Shown in pieces: positions 51,887-64,000 of a stretch of DNA of 64,000 bases. This DNA comes from Eledone cirrhosa (Eukaryota). The stretch lies in contig OZ024741.1 of assembly GCA_964016885.1 (NCBI GenBank), positions 336,164,001 through 336,228,000 of the forward strand, written 5' to 3'. Position 1 is the first letter of the stretch; every line of letters begins with the position of its first letter. Under the pieces are notes generated by a model, which saw nothing but the letters and a program-made list of their open reading frames with translations, was not told the origin of the DNA and did no database searches. Made by a program: the position numbers and the translations under genes.

Positions 51887-52581
51887 GCCCTTACTTTTCC
51901 TTTCCACAACATGACTGAATTTTTAAAAAGTAATTCCACCTTTAGTTCTCTCTCTCTCTCTCAAATACACACATCCTTACTATCTCTTTTCAACAGTTTG
52001 GCAGACATTTTATGCTAATGATACCACAGCTTTAATATAATTGATAGTTTCTAACATAGGCACAAAACCAGTAATTTTTGTGAGAGTGGGAACATTCAAT
52101 TATATCAACCCCGGTAATTAACTGCCACTTTATATTGCCCCCATTCCCTGCCCTCTCTTGCATGGTGATAGGCAAAGTTGAACACAGCAGAATTTGAACT
52201 CAGAGAGTAAGAAGCTGGATAAAAAATATACCTTATAATGTTTTGTCCAATGCTTTAGCATTTCTGTCAATTCAAAAGGGCAATATTTTACAGTAAAATT
52301 AATTTACCTTTTCTCTTAATGACTTTTTCACCTTTTCAATAGATTCCATTACGAGTTAGTTATACATGTAATTAGTCCTTGACATTTAAGCTGAACATTA
52401 AAATCACAATTGTATCTTCAAGCACTACACACAAAATTCTGTGTAGATTCCAAGCTAACTGATACACTTTAATTAAAAACATTGTTCAGTAATTCAGTAA
52501 GATGAGAAATACAAATCTACATCATATTTATTATGTTGTTAATTTTTTTTCTTTATTCAATGAATATTAATTATGAATTTA

Positions 52582-52625
<44 letters not shown>

Positions 52626-53479
52626 GGGGTTATTAAAAAGTCTTAATTTTAACTCTCTTATCTTTGTTCAATTCTATTTATATTATTCATTTAACAAATT
52701 CAAGCTATGTTTTTCTTAACTGTTCATTTAAAACAATTTTTTTTTCTCTTTTTTTGTTGTTTAAATTTATTGGCAATTTTTTTATATCTTCTTTGTTCTT
52801 TAATGGAAAATAAATTTATTAGGAAACAGATGTAGGCAATAATGAAAGATTTTTTTTTTTCTTTAAAAAAAGGGCAAAATAGAAAAATATTGGGGAGGAG
52901 AAAAATTAAATAACATCAAAACGGGAAAAATTAAATAACATCAAAACGGGAAGAGGGAAGGGTGGGTCAAACTCTACACCCTTGGTTAGGCGGTATATTT
53001 AATTGTATGCTAATGTCACTAGAGCTCATAAAAAAATTTTTGTTTGACTTTGTTAAGGTTTTTCTTTTTTTTTATAGAATTTGATTGAGTACCTAGCATG
53101 TTCCTAATTAGATTTTTCACCAATTTCTGTAAGCTTTCCAACACATTTTTTTTTGATAGATGAGTCTTTTTGCCATGACATTCAATTGGTCATTTCCAAC
53201 CAGTAGCAACTTCCTCCTCTGCTATATATACAACTGTGATACCACTGACGCCATGACCACCACCACCACTGCACCTACTAATGTTACTACTACTAATACC
53301 ACTGCCACAACCACCACTGTTACTGTTCATATTATTGCTACAACTACCTCTGCTGCTGCTCTGCTGCTGCTCCTGCTACTACTACTACTACTAACATCAC
53401 CACCACTACTACTACTACTACTAATACTACCACCACCACCACCACTACTACTACTACTACCCCACCAGCACCACTACCA

Positions 53480-56400
53480 TAAAGTAGTTTGGTGTTAAGA
53501 AGGGCATCCAGCCATAGAGACCAATCTCACAGTCCACCCAGTATATGGTAGTTTAGGGTTAGGGAGGGCCTCCAGCCATAGAAACCAATCTCACAGTCCA
53601 CCCAGTATATGGTAGTTTAGGGTTAGGGAGGGCCTCCAGCCATAGAAACCAATCTCACAGTCCACCCAGTATATGGTAGTTTAGGGTTAGGAAGGGCCTC
53701 CAGCCATAGAAACTATGCTCACAGTTCACCCAGTATATGGCAGTTTAGGGTTAGGAAGGGCATCCAGCCATAGAAACCAATCTCACAGTCCACCCAGTAT
53801 ATGGTAGTTTAGAGTTAGGAAGGGCCTCCAGCCATAGAAACTATGCGCACAGTCCACCCAGTATATGGTAGTTTAGGGTTAGGAAAGGCATCCAGCCATA
53901 GAAATCAATCTCACAGTCCACCCAGTATATGGTAGTTTAGAGTTAGGAAAGGTATCCAGCCATAGAAACCAATCTCACAGTCCACCCAGTATATGGTAGT
54001 TTAGGGTTAGGAAAGGTATCCAGCCATAGAAATCAATCTCACAGTCCACCCAGTATATGGTAGTTTAGAGTTAGGAAAGGTATCCAGCCATAGAAACCAA
54101 TCTCACAGTCCACCCAGTATATGGTAGTTTAGGGTTAGGAAAGGCATCCAGCCATAGAAATCAATCTCACAGTCCACCCAGTATATGGTAGTTTAGGGTT
54201 AGGAAAGGCATCCAGCCATAGAAATCAATCTCACAGTCCACCCAGTATATGGTAGTTTAGGGTTAGGAAAGGTATCCAGCCATAGAAACCAATCTCACAG
54301 TCCACCCAGTATATGGTAGTTTATGGTTAGGAAGGGCCTCCAGCCATAGAAAACAATCTCACAGTCCACCCAGTATATGGTAGTTTAGGGTTAGAAAAGG
54401 CATCCAGCCATAGAGACCAATCTCACAGTCCACCCAGTATATGGTAGTTTAGGGTTAGGAAGGGCCTCCAGCCATAGAAACTATGCTCACAGTCCACCCA
54501 GTATATGGTAGTTTAGGGTTAGGAAGGGCATCCAGCCATAGAAACCAATCTCACAGTCCACCCAGTATATGGTAGTTTAGGGTTAGGAAGGGCATCCAGC
54601 GATAAAACCAATCTCACAGTCCACCCAGTATATGGTAGTTTAGGGTTAGGGACGGGCATCCAGCCATAGAAACCAATCTCACAGTCCACCCAGTATATGG
54701 TAGTTTAGGGTTAGGAAGGGCATCCAGCCATAGAAACCAATCTCACAGTCCACCCAGTATATGGTAGTTTAGGGTTAGGAAAGGCATCCAGCCATAGAGA
54801 CCAATCTCACAGTCCACCCAGTATATGATAGTTTAGGGTTAGGAAGGGCATCCAGCCATAGAAACCAATCTCACAGTCCACCCAGTATATGGTAGTTTAG
54901 TGTTAGGGAGGGCATCCAGCCATAGAAACCAATCTCACAGTCTACCCAGTATATGGTGGTTTAGGGTTAGGAAGGACATCCAGCCATAGAAACCAATCTC
55001 ACAGTCCACCCAGTATATGGTAGTTTAAGGTTAGGAAGGGCATCCAGCCATAGAAACCAATCTCACAGTCCACCCAGTATATGGTAGTTTAGGGTTAGGA
55101 AGGGCCTCCAGCAATAGAAACCAATCTCACAGTCCACCCAGTATATGGTAGTTTAGGGTTAGGAAAGGCATCCAGCCATAGAGACCAATCTCACAGTCCA
55201 CCCAGTATATGGTAGTTTAGGTTTAGGGAGGGCATCCAGCCATAGAAACCAATCTCACAGTCCACCCAGTATATGGTAGTTTAGGGTTAGGAAGGGCATC
55301 CAGCGATAGAAACCAATCTCACAGTCCACCCAGTATATGGTAGTTTAAGGTTAGGAAGGGCATCCAGCCATAGAAACCAATCTCACAATCCACCCAGTAT
55401 ATGGTAGTTTAGGGTTAGGGAGGGCATCCAGCCATAGAAACCAATCTCACAGTCCACCCAGTATATGGTAGTATAGGGTTAGGAAGGGCATCCAGCCATA
55501 GAAACCAATCTCACAGTCCACCCAGTATATGGTAGTTTAGGGTTAGGAAGGGCATCCAGCCATAGAAACCAATCTCACAGTCCACCCAGTATATGGTAGG
55601 TTAGGGTTAGGGAGGGCATCCAGCCATAGAAACCAATCTCACAGTCCACCCAGTATATGGTAGTTTAGGGTTAGGGAGGGCATCCAGCCATAGAAACCAA
55701 TCTCACAGTCCACCCAGTATATGGTAGGTTAGGGTTAGGGAGGGCATCCAGCCATAGAAACCAATCTCACAGTCCACCCAGTATATGGTAGTTTAGGGTT
55801 AGGGAGGGCATCCAGCCATAGAAACCAATCTCACAGTCCACCCAGTATATGGTAGTTTAGGGTTAGGAAAGGCATCCAGCCATAGAAACCAATCTCACAG
55901 TCCACCCAGTATATGGTAGTTTAGGGTTAGGGAGGGCATCCAGCCATAGAAACCAATCTCACAGTCTACCCAGTATAAGGTAGTTTAGGGTTAGGGAGGG
56001 CATCCAGCCATAGAAACCAATCTCACAGTCCACCCAGTATATGGTAGGTTAGGGTTAGGGAGGGCATCCAGCCATAGAAACCAATCTCACAGTCTACCCA
56101 GTATATGGTAGTTTAGGGTTAGGGAGGGCATCCAGCCATAGAAACCAATCTCACAGTCTACCCAGTATATGGTAGGTTAGGGTTAGGGAGGGCATCCAGC
56201 CATAGAAACCAATCTCACAGTCCACCCAGTATATGGTAGTTTAGGGTTAGGAAGGGCATCCAGCCATAGAAACCAATCTCACAGTCCACCCAGTATATGG
56301 TAGTTTAGGGTTAGGAAAGGCATCCAGCCATAGAAACCAATCTCACAGTCCACCCAGTATATGGTAGTTTAGGGTTAGGAAGGGCATCCAGCCATAGAAA

Positions 56401-59400
56401 CCAATCTCACAGTCCACCCAGTATATGGTAGTTTAGGGTTAGGGAGGGCATCCAGCCATAGAAACCAATCTCACAGTCCACCCAGTATATGGTAGTTTAG
56501 GGTTAGGGAGGGCATCCAGCCATAGAAACCAATCTCACAGTCCACCCAGTATATGGTAGTTTAGGGTTAGGGAGGGCATCCAGCCATAGAAACCAATCTC
56601 ACAGTCTACCCAGTATATGGTAGTTTAGGGTTAGGAAGGGCATCCAGCCATAGAAACCAATCTCACAGTCCACCCAGTATATGGTAGTTTAGGGTTAGGA
56701 AAGGCATCCAGCCATAGAAACCAATCTCACAGTCCACCCAGTATATGGTAGTTTAGGGTTAGGAAGGGCATCCAGCCATAGAAACCAATCTCACAGTCCA
56801 CCCAGTATATGGTAGTTTAGGGTTAGGAAAGGCATCCAGCCATAGAAACCAATCTCACAGTCCATCCAGTATATGGTAGTTTAGGGTTAGGAAGGGCATC
56901 CAGCCATAGAAACCAATCTCACAATCCATCCAGTATATGGTAGTTTAGGGTTAGGAAAGGCATCCAGCCATAGAAACCAATCTCACAGTCCACCCAGTAT
57001 ATGGTAGTTTAGGGTTAGGAAAGGCATCCAGCCATAGAAACCAATCTCACAGTCCACCCAGTATATGGTAGTTTAGGGTTAGGAAGGGCATCCAGCCATA
57101 GAAACCAATCTCACAATCCACCCAGTATATGGTAGTTTAGGGTTAGGAAAGGCATCCAGCCATAGAAACCAATCTCACAGTCCACCCAGTATATGGTAGT
57201 TTAGGGTTAGGAAGGGCATCCAGCCATAGAAACCAATCTCACAGTCCACCCAGTATATGGTAGGTTAGGGTTAGGAAAGGCATCCAGCCATAGAAACCAA
57301 TCTCACAGTCCATCCAGTATATGGTAGTTTAGGGTTAGGAAGGGCATCCAGCCATAGAAACCAATCTCACAGTCCACCCAGTATATGGTAGTTTAGGGTT
57401 AGGAAAGGCATCCAGCCATAGAAACCAATCTCACAGTCTACCCAGTATATGGTAGTTTAGGGTTAGGGAGGGCATCCAGCCATAGAAACCAATCTCACAG
57501 TCCACCCAGTATATGGTAGTTTAGGGTTAGGAAAGGCATCCAGCCATAGAAACCAATCTCACAGTCCACCCAGTATATGGTAGTTTAGGGTTAGGAAGGG
57601 CATCCAGCCATAGAAACCAATCTCACAGTCCACCCAGTATATGGTAGTTTAGGGTTAGGGAGGGCATCCAGCCATAGAAACCAATCTCACAGTCCACCCA
57701 GTATATGGTAGTTTAGGGTTAGGGAGGGCATCCAGCCATAGAAACCAATCTCACAGTCCACCCAGTATATGGTAGGTTAGGGTTAGGGAGGGCATCCAGC
57801 CATAGAAACCAATCTCACAGTCCACCCAGTATATGGTAGTTTAGGGTTAGGGAGGGCATCCAGCCATAGAAACCAATCTCACAGTCCACCCAGTATATGG
57901 TAGTTTAGGGTTAGGGAGGGCATCCAGCCATAGAAACCAATCTCACAGTCCACCCAGTATATGGTAGTTTAGGGTTAGGAAGGGCATCCAGCCATAGAAA
58001 CCAATCTCACAGTCCACCCAGTATAGGGTAGTTTAGGGTTAGGAAAGGCATCCAGCCATAGAAACCAATCTCACAGTCCACCCAGTATATGGTAGTTTAG
58101 GGTTAGGGAGGGCATCCAGCCATAGAAACCAATCTCACAGTCCACCCAGTATATGGTAGTTTAGGGTTAGGAAGGGCATCCAGCCATAGAAACCAATCTC
58201 ACAGTCCACCCAGTATATGGTAGTTTAGGGTTAGGGAGGGCATCCAGCCATAGAAACCAATCTCACAGTACACCCAGTATATGGTAGTTTAGGGTTAGGG
58301 AGGGCATCCAGCCATAGAAACCAATCTCACAGTCCACCCAGTATATGGTAGTTTAGGGTTAGGAAGGGCATCCAGCCATAGAAACCAATCTCACAGTACA
58401 CCCAGTATATGGTAGTTTAGGGTTAGGGAGGGCATCCAGCCATAGAAACCAATCTCACAGTCCACCCAGTATATGGTAGTTTAGGGTTAGGAAGGGCATC
58501 CAGCCATAGAAACCAATCTCACAGTCCACCCAGTATATGGTAGTTTAGGGTTAGGAAGGGCATCCAGCCATAGAAACCAATCTCACAGTCCACCCAGTAT
58601 ATGGTAGTTTAGGGTTAGGAAGGGCATCCAGCCATAGAAACCAATCTCACAGTACACCCAGTATATGGTAGTTTAGGGTTAGGGAGGGCATCCAGCCATA
58701 GAAACCAATCTCACAGTCCACCCAGTATATGGTAGTTTAGGGTTAGGAAGGGCATCCAGCCATAGAAACCAATCTCACAGTACACCCAGTATATGGTAGT
58801 TTAGGGTTAGGGAGGGCATCCAGCCATAGAAACCAATCTCACAGTCCACCCAGTATATGGTAGTTTAGGGTTAGGAAGGGCATCCAGCCATAGAAACCAA
58901 TCTCACAGTACACCCAGTATATGGTAGTTTAGGGTTAGGGAGGGCATCCAGCCATAGAAACCAATCTCACAGTCCACCCAGTATAAGGTAGTTTAGGGTT
59001 AGGAAGGGCATCCAGCCATAGAAACCAATCTCACAGTCCACCCAGTATATGGTAGTTTAGGGTTAGGAAGGGCATCCAGCCATAGAAACCAATCTCACAG
59101 TCCACCCAGTATATGGTAGTTTAGGGTTAGGAAGGGCATCCAGCCATAGAAACCAATCTCACAGTCCACCCAGTATATGGTAGTTTAGGGTTAGGAAGGG
59201 CATCCAGCCATAGAAACCAATCTCACAGTACACCCAGTATATGGTAGTTTAGGGTTAGGGAGGGCATCCAGCCATAGAAACCAATCTCACAGTCCACCCA
59301 GTATATGGTAGTTTAGGGTTAGGAAGGGCATCCAGCCATAGAAACCAATCTCACAGTCCACCCAGTATATGGTAGTTTAGGGTTAGGAAGGGCATCCAGC

Positions 59401-62400
59401 CATAGAAACCAATCTCACAGTCCACCCAGTATATGGTAGTTTAGGGTTAGGGAGGGCATCCAGCCATAGAAACCAATCTCACAGTCCACCCAGTATATGG
59501 TAGTTTAGGGTTAGGGAGGGCATCCAGCCATAGAAACCAATCTCACAGTCCACCCAGTATATGGTAGTTTAGGGTTAGGGAGGGCATCCAGCCATAGAAA
59601 CCAATCTCACAGTCCACCCAGTATATGGTAGTTTAGGGTTAGGGAGGGCATCCAGCCATAGAAACCAATCTCACAGTCCACCCAGTATATGGTAGTTTAG
59701 GGTTAGGAAAGGCATCCAGCCATAGAAACCAATCTCACAGTCCACCCAGTATATGGTAGTTTAGGGTTAGGAAAGGCATCCAGCCATAGAAACCAATCTC
59801 ACAGTCCACCCAGTATATGGTAGTTTAGGGTTAGGAAAGGCATCCAGCCATAGAAACCAATCTCACAGTCCACCCAGTATAAGGTAGTTTAGGGTTAGGA
59901 AGGGCATCCAGCCATAGAAACCAATCTCACAGTCCACCCAGTATATGGTAGTTTAGGGTTAGGGAGGGCATCCAGCCATAGAAACCAATCTCACAGTCCA
60001 CCCAGTATATGGTAGTTTAGGGTTAGGGAGGGCATCCAGCCATAGAAACCAATCTCACAGTCCACCCAGTATATGGTAGTTTAGGGTTAGGAAAGGCATC
60101 CAGCCATAGAAACCAATCTCACAGTCCACCCAGTATATGGTAGTTTAGGGTTAGGAAAGGCATCCAGCCATAGAAACCAATCTCACAGTCCACCCAGTAT
60201 AAGGTAGTTTAGGGTTAGGAAGGGCATCCAGCCATAGAAACCAATCTCACAGTCCACCCAGTATATGGTAGTTTAGGGTTAGGGAGGGCATCCAGCGATA
60301 GAAACCAATCTCACAGTCCACCCAGTATAGGGTAGTTTAGGGTTAGGGAGGGCATCCAGCCATAGAAACCAATCTCACAGTCCACCCAGTATATGGTAGT
60401 TTAGGGTTAGGGAGGGCATCCAGCCATAGAAACCAATCTCACAGTCCACCCAGTATATGGTAGTTTAGGGTTAGGGAGGGCATCCAGCCATAGAAACCAA
60501 TCTCACAGTCCACCCAGTATATGGTAGTTTAGGGTTAGGAAGGGCATCCAGCCATAGAAACCAATCTCACAGTCCACCCAGTATGAGGTAGTTTAGGGTT
60601 AGGGAGGGCATCCAGCCATAGAAACCAATCTCACAGTCCACCCAGTATATGGTGTTTTAGGGTTAGGAAGGGCATCCAGCCATAGAAACCAATCTCACAG
60701 TCCACCCAGTATATGGTAGTTTAGGGTTAGGGAGGGCATCCAGCCATAGAAACCAATCTCACAGTCCACCCAGTATATGGTAGTTTAGGTTGAGGGAGGG
60801 CATCCAGCCATAGAAACCAATCTCACAGTCCACCCAGTATATGGTAGTTTAGAGTTAGGAAGGGCCTCCAGCCATAGAAACTATGCGCACAGTCCACCCA
60901 GTATATGGTAGTTTAGGGTTAGGAAAGGCATCCAGCCATAGAAATCAATCTCACAGTCCACCCAGTATATGGTAGTTTAGGTTTAGGAAAGGTATCCAGC
61001 CATAGAGACCAATCTCACAGTCCACCCAGTATATGGTAGTTTAGGGTTAGGAAGGGCCTCCAGCCATAGAAACCAATCTCACAGTCCACCCTGTATATGG
61101 TAGTTTAGGGTTAGGAAGGGCCTCCAGCCATAGAAACCAATCTCACAGTCCACCCAGTATATGGTAGTTTAAGGTTAGGAAGGGCATCCAGACATAGAAA
61201 CCAATCTCACAGTCCACCCAGTATATGGTAGTTTAGGGTTAGGAAGGGCATCCAGCCATAGAAACCAATCTCACAGTCCACCCAGTATATGGTAGTTTAA
61301 GGTTAGGAAGGGCATCCAGACATAGAAACCAATCTCAGAGTCCACCCAGTATATGGTAGTTTAGGGTTAGGAAGGGCCTCCAGCCATAGAAACCAATCTC
61401 ACAGTCCACCCTGTATATGGTAGTTTAGGGTTAGGAAAGGCATCCAGCCATAGAAATCAATCTCACAGTCCACCCAGTATATGGTAGTTTAGGGTTAGGA
61501 AGGGCCTCCAGCCATAGAAACCAATCTCACAGTCCACCCTGTATATGGTAGTTTAGGGTTAGGAAAGGCATCCAGCCATAGAAATCAATCTCACAGTCCA
61601 CCCAGTATATGGTAGTTTAGGGTTAGGAAGGGCCTCCAGCCATAGAAACCAATCTCACAGTCCACCCTGTATATGGTAGTTTAGGGTTAGGAAGGGCCTC
61701 CAGCCATAGAAACCAATCTCACAGTCCACCCTGTATATGGTAGTTTAGGGTTAGGAAGGGCATCCAGCCATAGAAACCAATCTCACAGTCCACCCTGTAT
61801 ATGGTAGTTTAGGGTTAGGAAAGGCATCCAGCCATAGAAATCAATCTCACAGTCCACCCAGTATATGGTAGTTTAGGGTTAGGAAGGGCATCCAGCCATA
61901 GAAACCAATCTCACAGTCCACCCTGTATATGGTAGTTTAGGGTTAGGAAAGGCATCCAGCCATAGAAATCAATCTCACAGTCCACCCTGTATATGGTAGT
62001 TTAGGGTTAGGAAGGGCCTCCAGCCATAGAAACCAATCTCACAGTCCACCCTGTATATGGTAGTTTAGGGTTAGGAAGGGCCTCCAGCCATAGAAACCAA
62101 TCTCACAGTCCACCCTGTATATGGTAGTTTAGGGTTAGGAAAGGCATCCAGCCATAGAAATCAATCTCACAGTCCACCCAGTATATGGTAGTTTAGGGTT
62201 AGGGAGGGCCTCCAGCCATAGAAACCAATCTCACAGTCCACCCAGTATATGGTAGTTTAGGGTTAGGAAGGGCCTCCAGCCATAGAGACCAATCTCACAG
62301 TCCACCCAGTATATGGTAGTTTAGGGTTAGAAAAGGCATCCAGCCATAGAGACCAATCTCACAGTCCACCCAGTATATGGTAGTTTAGGGTTAGGGAGGG

Positions 62401-64000
62401 CCTCCAGCCATAGAAACCAATCTCACAGTCCACCCAGTATATGGTAGTTTATGGTTAGGAAGGGCCTCCAGCCATAGAGACCAATCTCACAGTCCACCCA
62501 GTATATGGTAGTTTAGGGTTAGAAAAGGCATCCAGCCATAGAGACCAATCTCACAGTCCACCCAGTATATGGTAGTTTAGGGTTAGGGAGGGCCTCCAGC
62601 CATAGAAACCAATCTCACAGTCCACCCAGTATATGGTAGTTTAGGGTTAGGAAGGGCCTCCAGCCATAGAGACCAATCTCACAGTCCACCCAGTATATGG
62701 TAGTTTAGGGTTAGGAAAGGCATCCAGCCATAGAGACCAATCTCACAGTCCACCCAGTATATGGTAGTTTAGGGTTAGTGAGGGCCTCCAGCCATAGAAA
62801 CCAATCTCACAGTCCACCCAGTATATGGTAGTTTAGGGTTAGGAAGGGCCTCCAGCCATAGAAACCAATCTCACAGTCCACCCAGTATATGGTAGTTTAG
62901 GGTTAGAAAAGGCATCCAGCCATAGAGACCAATCTCACAGTCCACCCAGTATATGGTAGTTTAGGGTTAGGGAGGGCCTCCAGCCATAGAAACCAATCTC
63001 ACAGTCCACCCAGTATATGGTAGTTTATGGTTAGGAAGGGCCTCCAGCCATAGAAACCAATCTCACAGTCCACCCAGTATATGGTAGTTTAGGGTTAGAA
63101 AAGGCCTCCAGCAATAGAAACCAATCTCACAGTCCACCCAGTATATGGTAGTTTAGGGTTAGGAAGGGCCTCCAGCCATAGAAACTATGCTCACAGTCCA
63201 CCCTGTATATGGTAGTTTAGGGTTAGGAAAGGCATCCAGCCATAGAGACCAATCTCACAGTCCACCCAGTATATGGTAGTTTAGGGTTAGGAAGGGCCTC
63301 CAGCCATAGAAACTATGCTCACAGTCCACCCAGTATATGGTAGTTTAGGGTTAGGAAGGGCATCCAGCCATAGAAACCAATCTCACAGTCCACCCAGTAT
63401 ATGGTAGTTTAGGGTTAGGAAGGGCATCCAGCGATAAAACCAATCTCACAGTCCACCCAGTATATGGTAGTTTAGTGTTAGCGAGGGCATCCAGCCATAG
63501 AAACCAATCTCACAGTCTACCCAGTATATGGTGGTTTAGGGTTAGGAAGGACATCCAGCCATAGAAACCAATCTCACAGTCCACCCAGTATATGGTAGTT
63601 TAAGGTTAGGAAGGGCATCCAGCCATAGAAACCAATCTCACAGTCCACCCAGTATATGGTAGTTTAGGGTTAGGAAGGGCATCCAGCGATAAAACCAATC
63701 TCACAGTCCACCCAGTATATGGTAGTTTAGGGTTAGGGACGGGCATCCAGCCATAGAAACCAATCTCACAGTCCACCCAGTATATGGTAGTTTAGGGTTA
63801 GGAAGGGCCTCCAGCCATAGAAACTATGCTCACAGTTCACCCAGTATATGGTAGTTTAGGGTTAGGAAAGGCATCCAGCCATAGAGACCAATCTCACAGT
63901 CCACCCAGTATATGATAGTTTAGGGTTAGGAAGGGCATCCAGCCATAGAAACCAATCTCACAGTCCACCCAGTATATGGTAGTTTAGTGTTAGCGAGGGC
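53480..64000 (+). repeat. 64-bp satellite array (about 164 units, continues past window end)
   Basis: Unit agtccacccagtatatggtagtttagggttaggaagggcatccagccatagaaaccaatctcac. Confidence 0.99.

Noticed and set aside
53480-64000. CRISPR-like array
   Set aside because: Head-to-tail near-identical units with no unique spacers, no cas genes, eukaryotic context.
53480-64000. True telomere tract
   Set aside because: At most two consecutive TTAGGG per 64-bp unit; no pure telomeric run within the window.

Overview
AT-rich, microsatellite-laden eukaryotic DNA. The repeat inventory suggests a cephalopod (Octopus-like) genome; this is inference, not a database result. No intact host gene could be identified and most listed ORFs are translated microsatellites. 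The window holds: one apparently intact RTE-clade LINE (APE-RT-PHD-like finger, 1042 aa) inside a (TA)n run, plus truncated relatives and partner SINEs; decayed R4/Dong-type and Tx1-type non-LTR elements; a canonical non-autonomous Helitron with a nested Merlin-like MITE; hAT, Tc1/mariner and piggyBac-like MITEs; Penelope-type hammerhead remnants and many fold-back palindromes. Two items stand out. First, a 3.2-kb TA-flanked Helitron/Helentron-like cassette (12941-16151) carrying a spliced SGNH-hydrolase pseudogene not visible in the ORF track and an SPOP-like BACK-domain ORF. Second, a >10.5-kb 64-bp satellite running off the right end, visibly built from the RTE/SINE 3' tail, in which most units carry the telomeric decamer TTAGGGTTAG.
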